NCBI RefSeq assembly: GCF_031769215.1
Contig: NW_026781915.1
Coordinates: 186,001-250,000 of the forward strand
Reading direction: 5' to 3'
Source of the DNA: Ylistrum balloti
Lineage: Eukaryota
Length of the DNA: 64,000 nucleotides
Shown: in pieces, positions 14,401-27,496 of the stretch
Numbering within the stretch: the stretch's first letter is position 1
Layout: every line of letters begins with the position of its first letter
Notes under the pieces: model-generated
Databases searched by the model: none
Seen by the model: only the letters and a program-made list of their open reading frames with translations
Told to the model about the DNA's origin: nothing
Translations under genes and position numbers: made by a program

Positions 14401-17392
14401 TCCAAGTTGTATCTCTACTATCAAGATGGAAATCTAGGACAGTTAAAGAAATCAAACAAATGGTGATAACACGGGAAAGTAAGGCAACAGGGCTAAAACT
14501 AAAATCCAGCTAACTTACCATTTTCGACCAGAAACTTTCCTGATGGACCTGCTGGACAATTTGAAACCCTGAAAAGTAAATTTTAACTTAATGTCTTCAA
14601 ACCGAATATATGATGTGTGGTAAGGGTTACTCAACCTAATCTTATTTTACTTGTCAACTTTTAAACCTTTAAATTTCGTTTTTACCCATAGAAACAGGGG
14701 CACTGACTGAGTCAGTATTTATGTATCGTCCACACAGTATCAAACCTACTCCAAACATTTTCAGCATATAACAGGAAAAGACATCTATCTAAATGTGTTT
14801 GTCATATCTTTACTCCTGCATGTTTTTTTTTCTTCTTCTAATTTGACTGTTCAACTATGTAATAGCATTGCCATTATCTCACCGTAAGTGATGTTGTCCT
14901 AATATGAGTACATACCACATATACAGATCTTTCTTCTTTTTAGCTTCGAAGAACACACATTTGCTGCAATTCTTCATTTCACAAATCTATAAAGTAAAGA
15001 AATTAGATAAAGGTTACCTTTAACAAACACCACTCCCCAAAATGTTCTAATACATATGACTCGGGTAACCTGGGAAGAGGAAGCTGGATTATGGTTAGTT
15101 CTAAAAAGAATAACTTATTCATCCAAAAATAGTGTGTAAAGGAAAGAGGCTAAGACATTCAATATGTGTACAAATCATTTAAGTACCGGTATTCCAGCAA
15201 ACATTGCCAAATTTTATCAATTGACATATTCCAGTCAGCACAAATGTGATTGTGATCACAAGAATGTTTTCTGTCCTGCTTCACCCAATTGAAATGTCTT
15301 AATTTACACCAATAAAATCATAATATACAGACTTTATAAAATCTTACCTCATTGATAACAAACAGCTGATCTTTTCTGTCCATTTTTGACTCTGAAATAG
15401 GATAAAAGATATATTATTACTACCTTAGAATATGTCAAATCACTCACCTCTGTCATTTAACTAGTCACTCACCTTTGTCTACCAGTCTAATTAGTTAATA
15501 TCACTATGAATTCTCCCAATCTGCATCATGGACTTAAAAACCTTATTTCAATCCAGAGTCTATTACCAACAGCTACAAAAATGCTGCATTATATTTTGGA
15601 TTGTTGAAATTAGTAAATTATTCTGATATCGGAACTACAACACTCCACAACATTTCCATCATATTGCCTGAATCAGGCCGCTAGGCATGAAAAATGTTAG
15701 CAATAACTACTTTGTTTGATTCTATACATCTATAAACAAAGTGTTTTTAAGATTGAAATATGTCTATGGATTTCTTTGATGAAGAACAAGTTCTCACAGT
15801 AACTGTCTCTTGATCTATTCATGTTCCGAGTTAAATGCAATCTTCTGTGATACTATATGTATATTGGTGACTACCTGATCTTCCCAATTATTAATTTGTC
15901 AACTAAGCAGACACTATGTATACTGATTTGGCAAACATCATGCATCCTTATTCCTCAATATCAGTTTGTCAGAATAAAAGGTATTACAACACAGGTAAAA
16001 TATCAAACATTCATAGATATGCTACTTCAACTTGTGTTTATGATTTCAAAAAGACTATGAAGTCATAAATAAACATCAATGCTATAACTAGAATAAAGGT
16101 TACCTTGTTTACTGTGGGCCATTAAGGATCTTAAATCATTCATCAGATACCGAGTTCTGTGAGATATTCCTCTAGAGCTAAACACTAATACTCTCTCTCT
16201 GTTTGTCCACTTTGGCTGAAACAAAAAAAAAAATCACATGTTACATTAATATTTATCAGTTTCCCTTAATTCTATACATAAATGTTCCTGTGATCATATC
16301 ATATCAAAAACACATCTAAGGTTTGGTTGCCCTTTAAAACTCAATGATGCTCTGGGGAATAATGTAAATCAAAATGTGATCAGAGGTCTCGTCTGGGCTT
16401 TCCAGATTGCTAAATCTAGGACCAACTCAAGCTGTCCGTGTTCCAATGGACAGGTGGAATGATACAACAGGTTGATTTTTCAAACATTGAGGTGCTACAA
16501 AGACAACAAACAGAACATCTGGGAGGAACATCTTCCTCAGCTATCAAAAGTGAAAACCAAACTTGTTGAATAGTTGAGATTACTCAACCAGTTGATATTA
16601 TGTTTAGAATAAAGGATGTAGGAACAAAGGAGGATAAATTGTATAATTATGTATAGGAACTCATGGAGATATTGGCCAAAGCTTACCAATTGGCTTGGGA
16701 AAATATCTGTAAGACCCAGGTCAGGCAGAACTTACGATCTTAACCTCCCTCACTTCTACATAAGAGCCTGGGGATGCAGTCTTTAAGTTAATAATTTCAG
16801 GTAAGCGAATTTGAGGTCGTATCTGTGGATCTTTTACCGAAAAATACTGGTATTTCACTGATCAGTTTTTAAATAAATCTTATAGTATAACACATTTCAA
16901 GTGATGTATGTATTTGTTTGGGGCAGTTCATCAACATAGCGTAGCAAGCGAAAAGTGATTCTGAAACCAGTGAAGGGGTCCGAAACTAATGCACCTAGGA
17001 TACTAAAAAAAGTGCATCGTTTATCAAATTAAAATGGTTCAACATGATATCAAATAAGTACAATATGATGTTTTAGGTCTCTTCATGATTCTTCGTAAAC
17101 ACCGAAATGGTACTATGTTACCTCGAAGTGCCGAAATGATAGGTGCCGAAGTGACCAACTAACGACTTCATCAAATGCCGAAACGTCGACGATTCATGAT
17201 CAGGACAATATTTCTTCTGTTACAGTCGCAAGGAACATGACTGGTGTGTTAGAGTCTCAAACTTATTACCTGTTTCTTGGGAGGTTCATCTGATGATATT
17301 ACAGGTGGAAGCACGACCGCATCTTCGACATCCTTACTTTTTACATCACCTCCCACACGTGCAGACTCACGAACACGTTTTCGCTTCGCCAT
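11491..17392 (-). CDS. BRIX1: Ribosome biogenesis protein BRX1 homolog (Brix domain), 310 aa
   Basis: Exons (in transcription order) 17392-17270, 16215-16104, 15391-15348, 14986-14916, 14568-14519, 14080-14007, 13709-13659, 12602-12467, 11890-11796, 11667-11491; total 933 nt. Motifs: KWTNRERVLVFSSRGI, ICEMKNCSKCVFFEAKKKKDLYMW, HTMMELKMTGNCLKGSRPLLSFDP, HPKSQPFFDHVFTF, EIGPRFVLNPIKIFGGSFGGPTLYENP. Confidence 0.97.
17095..17195. repeat. Cluster of short CCGAA(A/G)TG direct repeats in BRIX1 intron 1, probably a MITE subterminal region
   Basis: accgaaatgg, gccgaaatga, gccgaagtga and gccgaaacgt within about 100 bp. The MITE origin is inference. Confidence 0.4.
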
Positions 17393-17873
17393 CTTTGTTT
17401 TGCAACTGATTAACCGCGGAACTAAGCTAATATTTTTTGTTGTTGGATTGATACCATTAACTTATTACTAACACACAAGATTTATAAAAAAATATAATGC
17501 ATATTATTTTATAGGTATTTTTGCTTTTCTATATTTCTAATGATAAATAGCTGTGATACGCTTGCATTAAAAAATAATATTCTTGAGTCATTTAATTAAA
17601 ATCTTTTGAGACTAGCTGTTTACACAGGACCAATTTTTGCTTTCGTATTTTTTTTCACTTTGAGTACTCGTATCATAGATTATTTTTCACAATAATGAAA
17701 AAAAACTTCTGGTGCATCACTTTACCTGCTGCTCGGGCAAAGACGCATTTGGGAGAATCTTTCGTATGCTATTTTCGTGTCAAAGTAGAATAATAGGTTG
17801 TGCGATGAAAGTTGAGTTTGTTTGGAGGGGTCGTTATTAGTATTTGAGTGTAACAACTTTTGAAATCAACAGC
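17393..17873. promoter_or_regulatory. Putative bidirectional promoter BRIX1/PAIP1
   Basis: Only 481 bp separate the divergent ATGs (17392 and 17874). A YY1-type AAGATGGCG overlaps the BRIX1 start codon. Confidence 0.7.
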
Positions 17874-20800
17874 ATGTCAGAACATGGAGGTAACAATCCG
17901 CCATCTGGCAATTCTCAAAATGTGACTCTCTCACAAGATGGCAGACCGGGCCTCAGAAGACCGATGCCAGATACACAACAGAGGTTGCTGAATGGAAATC
18001 CTGGTATTGATTTTTCTACAACTTCGTCAGTTTATTCATGATATTTACTTAACATTTACACATCGTAAAAAGTTATATATTTGATAGATTTAGCGCCATT
18101 TACATTTGAACATCGAAATACATGTGATTTAAAGGGAAGAATGAATAAAACACGTTCAGAATCAGAGTCTTCTTGGCATACATTAGACCTTAACCAAGGT
18201 GTAAGTACTTTATTTAGCAGTAGCAATATGTATATTTATTGTATTCAAACATTAAACCGACGTGATGACAAAAATCACATGGGCGATTCGGGGTGAACTG
18301 TAATCAGAGAGCAGACTTTTTGAAGACCTGTTTTGGTCTCCCTCCACGAATGATAACAAGAAATGTAGTCAAATGTAGTAAATTATGAATATGCAAAACC
18401 ATGTACATGGTATGCAAGTAACAGGTTTTGGTTTTCTTAACGATGTTTGTAGGTCAAAAGCATATGGATTAATATATATTTCAGAAGGGGCCTTTTGTCT
18501 CATTTTGGGAAGCAAATTTTCTTGAGTTAATTGCAGATTTGGTGAATTATTCATTTATGTAATTATTACTTCAGTGTCATTTTGTACTGTGTATTGGTTT
18601 AAATTGTTTTTTTTTTATTATTATTTCATTTTGGTTGGAAAATTAGGGTATTGAGAAGGAAATTTTAACTCAAGTAATTTGGGCATATAAGGAAATAATT
18701 TAAATTGGGAATGATTTGACCCCCATAAAAAGCCTTTGAATAGAATTGAGCATTAAATCATTAGCTTACAAAAATCATGTTGCTTTTAATTTGCTCATCT
18801 GAAATATGTTGTACTTACCGCATTTATTCAGCTTATAGTATATAAAGTCTCAATATACAACAGTTCCTTTGGTTGATAACTGGTAAACAACAGAACCAGA
18901 TGTACAATGTTGTGCTACAAATGCTGTGTTAAGACCTTGATATTGCCACTGAAAGCAGTTTTCTTGACTACTCTCACAAATTTATTTTAATTTTTAAGTA
19001 CACTGTTAAAGATTGACACCTTTTTTTTAATTATGGAAAACAGGCAAATTTCCATGGAGGTAAACAAAAAAAAGAAAAGAAAAAAAACTTATTGCACTTT
19101 CAAAAACTGTTTACACTTTCAAAAAGTAATGTTATGCATATTGCAATGATTTGATGTAGGAAGTGGTAACCAACAAGTGATCAGCTCTAAGAAGCCAGCC
19201 GTACAGCTGTCGGTGAATGCTCCAGAGTTTGTACCTAAACTCAGCATGCCACCACCACCTCTAACAGTACCACAAGCACAGGTAAATATTTTTCTGCTAC
19301 CCAACTATTCTTTCATATCGTCTGCTTTAATTACCATAAACCTTTTTCACTAGATTTGCAAAATTTTGGTTCTTTTTGAGGTTTTGATATAAAAGACTTA
19401 ATTGGTAGGTATATGATAGGTTTGTCTTTTATATAGTTGTTTATTGCAGTTAATAACTTGCATTTAATGTCCATAGAAGGAAATGCTTATAACAATTACT
19501 AGCCAACTTTACTATTTAGGTGCTGAAGTCAATTTGATAATTATATACACATCTCAACACAAAAGTAAGCCTTGATAGCAATAGAACCCTTTTTTCATAC
19601 TGTACCTGCTGATAATGTTGCAATGGAACATTGTGTAAATAACTTAATATATTGTATATTGAAGAATGATTCAAGGTATTTTTGGTGAAAAAAAAGTAAA
19701 ATTTAAATTATTTCATCATATTGTTTTCCTAAATCTTGTTTAATCAATCTACTTGTCAGATTCTTTTCTACACTAAATGAAAGCTAACATACATGTGTAT
19801 GTAATATTGATACTTGTCAGATTTACAGAGTTTTGTGTATTTCTATAAGATAAGACCTTTCAACTTCAGGCAGGTATCAAGAAGATTTGTTTTCCTAAAC
19901 TCACACCAGGATTTAGACAGAGAAAATATTTTATCATTGCAAATGTAAATTTATTAACTTCTTTTTAATAAACTGTTTTGAACTCTACGTTGATAGGACA
20001 GCTTTGATGATGCTTACAAATTGTTTGACTTTAGGGAAGCAGTCATTGTCATGTTTTATTTGAGTTCCTACTTACATGAAGAATTCATGTCAAACTTTTA
20101 TCAAATTTATTTGGATGTTACATGTTGAATGCCTATAAGAGGTAAAAATACTCATTCTTCATTGATTACCTACTTGTTAGTGATTTTTAATACATGAAAG
20201 TTTTTTTCCAATTCCAAACACTACTCATTGGTAATATTTTTCAGGCGGGTCAAGGGGATGGTTTAAACAAGCCTAATCTGTCCGTCACAGCAGCAGAATT
20301 TGTTCCCAGAGGTCAACCAGCTTACACGCATGTGCAGGTAGTGTCTTATCTATGACACTTACTCAACAACATGTGATACAACGATTTCTTCATCTGGTCA
20401 CCATGGCACAAATTTGTCTGCAGTTTGAATTGCTTGGATTGGAAAATCCTGCTGTGTCGACAAGTTTTTCTTCATTCATATTTACCTATGTTTGACTGCA
20501 TGAAGTGACGTCTTTGCAGAAATTTTGTTTAATCACATATAACCAGTCAATACATATGCCGGAAAGATTCTGACATTTCTTTGACTGTTTCAGTGTGACC
20601 CTTAGTGTATCAAATGTGTAAATGATATTACAGAGTATTATTAAACCTCTCATTGTTGACACAAAAAAATATTACTAAATCTTCCTTGTGGATAAGATTG
20701 TTATTTGTTCAAATGATCTGGAAACATTGTTTCCAATTTCATCATTATACTTTGAAGTTGGTATACTGGAGTCAGGTTTTCTGTCTGCTTGTTGCCAAAA

Positions 20801-23800
20801 AATTGTCTGAAGTAAAACTGTATCTAACAACAATTTTAGATCAGTGGTGTTGGAAGCAGCTGGGAGTTAATTACTTTACCCCAACATATGCTTTCTGCTT
20901 CAAAATTTTAAAGTTTTAGGTTAAGCTTTTTAAAAGCTTCAAACTCTCAGTATACAACCCCTATTCCTCCTATTTGGTTTTTACAATCATTAGAGGTCTA
21001 AGATTGATATCAATGTTACAGTGGTTCATGTTTTTTTTATATATATGTATAAATTTATCTAGTGATTGACTTGACCTTTGTGTTATGAAAGTCTGTAATT
21101 CATGAGTATACATTCCATACCCCTCCTATTTGGCAATTATAGTGATAAAGCATATTTGCAGTGACTGCTGTTCTTGAACTTGGCAATCTTTGATTGCTTT
21201 AACTGCAATCTCTGTGCACATGATCAGCATCTAAGACAGTTGTGCCCTTATGATTTATTTCTCTCACTTCAATGATATATATGCCTTAGAAATTGTGAAA
21301 CATTAATTGACTTCCAGTCTGTCTACATCTGTGTCAGTTTTGTGTGCGTGACTGCCCATCTGCCTACCTATCTTTCTGTCAGTCAAAAAATTCACTAGAT
21401 TTTTAGGTATCATGTTGACATATTGTGATCTCATTTTGTCTGCTCTCCACCTGTAAACTTTTTACATTTTCGACTTCTTCTTGAAAAAACCACTGAACCA
21501 ATTTCAATAAAATTTGTCAGAAACTAAAATTGTTAATTACATGGTCCAGGTGGGGCTTAAACGTTCAAATTGACTGAAAATTCAGAAATCTTATTCTCAA
21601 TACCCAAATATGGTAGAATCAAACTCTTCATGGATGGAAGGGTTTAATGTGCTTTATTAAAGCAGTAAATTTTATGACCCAGGGTTTCACATTTCCTCAT
21701 ATGGGAGAGGGTAAATTTTGCGATGGTTTTTACAATCAAACTTTGAAAAAAATACAGGTTTAAGATCCTTGTAATTTTTGTTTTTCATAACAGTTTTTTC
21801 TACCTCGCTTATGAATATCCAGTCACAGTTGCAATATGGGGCTACAGGTATGAATGAATAATAGTTCTTCTCCAAATAAGAACATAATAAGGGAATATTT
21901 TGAACCGCTATCCAATTGTCTTGACATCTCTTTCAATTTGTTGCACAGAATAACCTGTTTGAGGATTTTCAAAGACTGGTGAGCATCACCCCATCACACG
22001 TTAGTGCACCAGTATCAAAACCTACATCTGATAAAGTCATCAATGACTTCAAATCCATGCTGTTCAACATGACCATTCAACCTGGAAATATAGAGGAATA
22101 CCTCAGCTCCATAGTCAATATCATGAAGAATGTCACAGATGAGACTGTTGTACGGGAAGTCATTGAAATTCTTTTTGAGCAGGTATGACCTCATGGAGAC
22201 CTGTGATCTTATCTATTTGGAGTGGACTCTTATGTTTTAACATTAAAATTGATTTTCTTTTTGAAAATGAGTGAAACTGGATAAATGTGTCGTGTGCAAA
22301 CCTCCCTTGATGGGTGCCAAAATCCCATCAAGTATTTGCTCATCTTTCTTATTGATCTCAGAAAAATATGGCACATATTTACTTCTCTTAAAAACACCTT
22401 TGTTTAGGTTTCGTTTTAGGGACCAGTGAATTTTGTCCCGGTTTCTAAATATTGATGTAATGACACCTGCATAGACAAGTTCTAGTTCAAAATTGTTTTT
22501 GTTAAAAAGAGATTGAATGGACATAAATGAATAGACTCAAATATTAAAAGTAATATTATCTGATGTATAAAATACAAAGAAGTATAAAAAAACAGATAGG
22601 ACTGATGACTTGAGGTTATAATCAACTATCCCAGGAACATTATACTTACATTACTAGTAGGAATACAAGAATATGGTATGGTAACAATATCAGAATATTA
22701 CTTTAACAAGGTCAACACTGTTCAACACAATTTTTGAAAACAAATTGTAAAAATGAGGCAGATATTTTTCAATTTTTCAAGAAATCTGTTGTGTTCTCTA
22801 ATGTAATTCAATAAGACCTTGTGTTTCAGAGGTAAAAAAATATAAAGTAGGAGTTATTTGTTGGCATTAGTTGAAAATAAAATGTCCATTTCAAATTTTG
22901 GTTGTAGTAAAGCACAATTGTCCCTATGTTGAAGAAAAGTTGCTAAATCAAAGCAGTTAATGTATCAACATCACACGCTCTTTGTGTTAATGCTGAGTAG
23001 AATATCTACCAGTGGTATAGATAAGTCATTTGATCATGTTGGATGCTATCTTATATTAATGCTGCATGGATTACTTAAATACTCTTGTAAAACCAACTAA
23101 TTTTACTGTAACTTTGAAAGCTAGTTAACTGATATTGATATATATAATTTATACAGAAATTTCACACAAGGGACATTAATATTGCAATGATTGTTATTGA
23201 AAGGTCAATTCTTGAATTCAGTGCCTGAAAAAAGATCATTGATTAATGTTAATGTTTTTCTTAATGTGACTTTTTTTCTGATCAATCCAAAATTATGTTA
23301 AGCTGATTTTCCCACAAAGTTTGTTCTTCTAGAATATTGAGAATTATATAAGGTTATTTGGCTCTGTAAAGAAAGAGGGTCTAAATACCTGTGGCATTAA
23401 TTAGAAACTTATTTTTGTTACATCAATGGTAAGAATGTCATATTGTTTGTTTTCTTTACAGTGCGTAACAGAACCAAATTTTCGTTACACTGGAGCAAGA
23501 GTCTGCAAGCACATGACTAAAGAGCTTAAACATGTTAGGGCATTTGTTAATTTTAGAGGCCAATTTCTCACTAGGTAAGTTTCAGAATACTGGATTCTGA
23601 AAACTGATTATGTTAGAAATTTCTGAAGAATACAATAATCAATATTATGGGAAAAAAACAGTGTCGAGAGCTTTGATGATGTCAAATATTACTATCAGGT
23701 AAATAAATTTCTGTAAAATTGACAGAAAATGTTCAATACTGAAATGATTTTTCTTTTACATTATCATGTGAATGGATTGTTTACAGTGTGTTAGTGATTG

Positions 23801-26800
23801 TTGAACCTGTCTTTTTTGCCAGATGTAAAGAAGATTATCTAAAGAAGGATGATTGGGCATTGAGTGCTGACACCATCCCAAGGCTATGTGGATTCACTAT
23901 GTTTATTGGAGAACTGTTTCTAAATCTAGAGGTTTGTTATTCTATTTGTTTTCTCTCTTCTAATATACATAATTCAAAGACCCATTTTCCGTTGCCTCTG
24001 TCACTTACATGCTGCTCTATTACTTATTACATTCATTATAGTATATTATCAATATCTCCTAAATAAGGAATTATCATATATGTGAACAGTGTTGAACTAT
24101 TCACTCATGTGACAGCAATGTGTGAATACTTTTTATCTACACTTGGCCCTCCTGATCCATGTAACTTGACTCCATGAAAAGGCCCTATAGTATTATTGAA
24201 AGCATATGATGTTATATTATGGTATATGTGGTTATTGTAATTGAATTTGCTTATTATTTGCTTGAAATTTACTATGGATGCAAATTTGCATGTTCTATAT
24301 TCATGGGGTTTTTATGTAACATTAACTTATTAATGGTAAAAATTCAATTAAGAACTGTACCTTAGAATTTGTTTTCTGGGCAGAAAATACAAATATACTT
24401 TGAAATAAATGAGTAATAGTGAAAGTAAACAGATTAGTAATACAGACTCACTTTCCTACAATTTTATTTTACAGGCTGAAAATCCTGATGGAACCACACA
24501 GAAGATTGGTATATTAAGATTTGTACTGCGTGATCTTCTGTTAGCCCTCTTATCAAATCCAAATGATACAACCGTTAAGTCTGTAACACAACTCTTAAAG
24601 GTAATTCTGAAAAATTGACATTGTTATTAATTGCGACATCATAACTTTTATTGAAATAATCAGAGGTTGGTTATTCTTTAATAGGAATATTTTAGTTTCA
24701 TACCTGTATGAAAGCATAACCTTTATGCAAACTGAATGAATGTGTAGCACATAAGTTATTCTGTCAGTCCAGCATGAAACTTAAAAATATTCCTGTCAAA
24801 GCTGATAATTAATTTCATAGATAGGTTTCAAAAACATAAATAACACATAAATGTAGAGATTTGATAATTTCATGGATTTTATAACAAATTCCTACGCATA
24901 ACATTATGTGACATCATTGACAGCTAATTTGTGCCATTTTCAGTCATTCAAAATTCATTCGTGAGTGGGTTGGTCACATTCCAAACAGAAATGTCTAAAA
25001 GTATGAAATAATATATTTTCCCCTGATAAATCTGTTATTGGCTCACATGGCCTGGTGTCCATCAGGTGCTTGTTGTCTGACATCAACTTTATTTTAACAT
25101 CTTCCCAATAATGTATGGACCAAATGTTTTGATATTTTGCTAGTATGTTCTTAGGATGAAGCCCAACAAAGTTTGCAAAAAGAAATTACCTTGACCTATA
25201 TTCAGGTTCACAGGGGTTAGATTTGTTAAAACCATTTAACATCTTTTTCTAATGAACTAAAAGATCTGGTGAAGCATGATTTTTGTCTGGTTCATCTTAG
25301 GATGAAGCCTGACAAATGAAATGACCTTGACCTATATTTTACAGTTTATGATAAAGGCTCTATATGACTTATTTACTATTTCAGCTAACTGGTTCAACAA
25401 TAGAAGATACTGCTCATTTAAATGACAAACCAGAGGAACGAGATTATAGTAAAGTGTTTCAGCAATTACAACAAGTACACATGTCCCCCGATCTAAACCA
25501 GTAAGTATCTGTGTGTAAGTTATATCGTTGATGTTCTTTATCTTAAATACCATTACCATGTAATTAAGGCTAAAGAAATGTGTTAAGTATATTAGCTAAC
25601 AGAATAAGTTGTCATTAAGAAATCAACATGGTTGATAAGAATTTAATGAAATTCATTTTTTTTCACCAATGATTTCCAGGACTTCACATCTGTTGATTGA
25701 ATCAGTTTTAAATCTGAAAGAAAATAATTGGGGGAGAGAGTCCACTTCGTCCACTTCCTCTCAGCCAGACAATCATTCTCAGTCATACTCCCAGGACTTC
25801 TCCACAGTAAGTTTGCCTGTGTCACATTTCACTTTTGTACATATTTGTTTTACAATGTCTTTTAGTGGTTTCACATAGATGACAAAGTATTTGCTTTCTT
25901 GTAAACTAAATCAATTATAAAAAGGATGTCACAGACTTTCAATGTTACCACAACATGTAGTCATATATTCATATATATTGAACAGTTGTTTCTTTCATAT
26001 GGGAATTTACAAACAACTAATAATTGCATACATTATTCATTACTATTGCAAGCATATATAAGAAAAGAAGGGAAAAGGAAAGGGGAAAATTAAACTTTCA
26101 AAGAAGGAATAAAGATCCAATCATGGTGGGCACCAAGACCTCTGTAGGATCTCTTGGATTTCAATCAATAAAGTGTCAGATCTAGTCTTGCATATTGCAT
26201 GAATGGTGTCAAAAACTGTTTTCAAATTGTTTGGACAGAATGAACCAGTATTCTATAACCAGCAAGGACAGACAATATCACGTGAAGAGGCAGGTTACTA
26301 TGATGAGTACACAGACTATATGCTGGAACAGGAGGCAGAAGCCTATGCTTACATGCAGGGAGGTGACAGTGGCTATCAGAGCAATTATGGCAACAACATA
26401 AGCAGTTATAACCCCTCTCAAACTCACAACCACAATGGAAACAGCTATCATCAACAAAACCCTTCAGACTACCAAACATGGTCTTCAAACCCTGATGATG
26501 TATCCTATGATGATTATAATTATTCAAAGTGAGTATACTGAAATATATTGCAGTCAGCTAATTTCAATCTCTATCTATAAATACCCCAGAGGAAGGCAGT
26601 TATTGTTACTCTCATCCATACAATTTGTCCCAACACCATTTTCTGTTTTTTTGGGGGTGAGATGGGAGGAGGGTTTTTTACGTTTAGGGATAATGATTTC
26701 AATTCTGAATCCTGGTAAAGTAAAACAGAATTTTAGGTAGAGCTATTGCCCTTTCACCTTTGCACTGGAATATCGTGCAAGATTTCTGTAAACCCTTTTT

Positions 26801-27496
26801 CATGATTTTCAAAAATGATGGTTTCAGATTTGGTTATAACTTCAGTCTTGGGCATTTCTGATCAAGTTTAAATCCTATTTAAAAACCCCATTTAAGGTAG
26901 AATTATGGCCCTTTCACTTGGAATATTGTGCAAAATGGTTATTGTCCAGACTTTATTACCATATGATCGTAGATAATGGATTTAATTTGGTGTGTATGGT
27001 TTCAACCTCCAGGTTTACAGGTAAAAATATGACTAGCAAATCATAATGTATTGTGATGCACTGAGACTGTTCCATGATATCTATATATCACCATTCATGG
27101 TTTTGACATGAATTATGTCTCTGTTCTGAATGGAAAACTATCACAATGGATAGAAGGATAAAGATGTGGAAAGCTTAATGCCATCTTTTGTTGCCAGCTG
27201 ATACAGGATCTCACAAATGCTTCATTTTTGGAAGCATCTAATTTTAAAAATTGTGAAGGGCCAGTTCAAGTTTAGCTAAGATATTTATTTGTTGTGAATC
27301 CTTAAGAATTAATATGAAACTCTGAAAATGTGATTTATTGTGGTAATGACAATTCTGAACAAATAAACATTTTACATTGTTGATAAATTATGGGTCTCTC
27401 TCCAGCATGGTGAATTATGATGAGAATTACATGGATGATGAGATGGAGGCAGCTTATGAAGAGTTCTTGAGTTCCCAGAATCAAGGCCACCGATGA
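17874..27496 (+). CDS. PAIP1: Polyadenylate-binding protein-interacting protein 1 (PAM2 x2, MIF4G, acidic PAM1-like tail), 516 aa
   Basis: Exons 17874-18003, 19160-19281, 20245-20337, 21949-22182, 23462-23574, 23823-23931, 24475-24600, 25385-25500, 25680-25806, 26239-26528, 27406-27496; total 1551 nt, phases consistent. Motifs: PAM2 QLSVNAPEFVP, MIF4G EPNFRYTGARVC and FTMFIGELFLNL, LKENNWGR, NEPVFY, and the tail MDDEMEAAYEEFL. Confidence 0.93.
21430..21920. mobile_element. Non-autonomous DNA-transposon (Helentron/HINE-like) repeat in a PAIP1 intron
   Basis: Motif ctgtctg..ccacctgtaaactttttacattttcgacttcttcttgaaaaaaccactgaaccaatttca resembles abundant oyster intronic non-autonomous elements. 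Recognised by pattern only; boundaries approximate. Confidence 0.45.
25050..25345. mobile_element. Helentron/HINE-like repeat with two diverged internal units (146-bp period)
   Basis: cttaggatgaagcc...accttgacctatatt recurs at 25150 and 25296. Confidence 0.45.
26570..27000. mobile_element. Helentron/HINE-like repeat with diverged internal units (about 160-bp period)
   Basis: gccctttcac...ggaatat(c/t)gtgcaa recurs at 26748 and 26908. Confidence 0.4.

Noticed and set aside
23670-23745. C/D snoRNA candidate (TGATGA...CTGA) in a PAIP1 intron
   Set aside because: No terminal stem and no recognisable rRNA-complementary guide; such motifs are expected by chance in AT-rich DNA. No convincing snoRNA was found in BRIX1 introns either.
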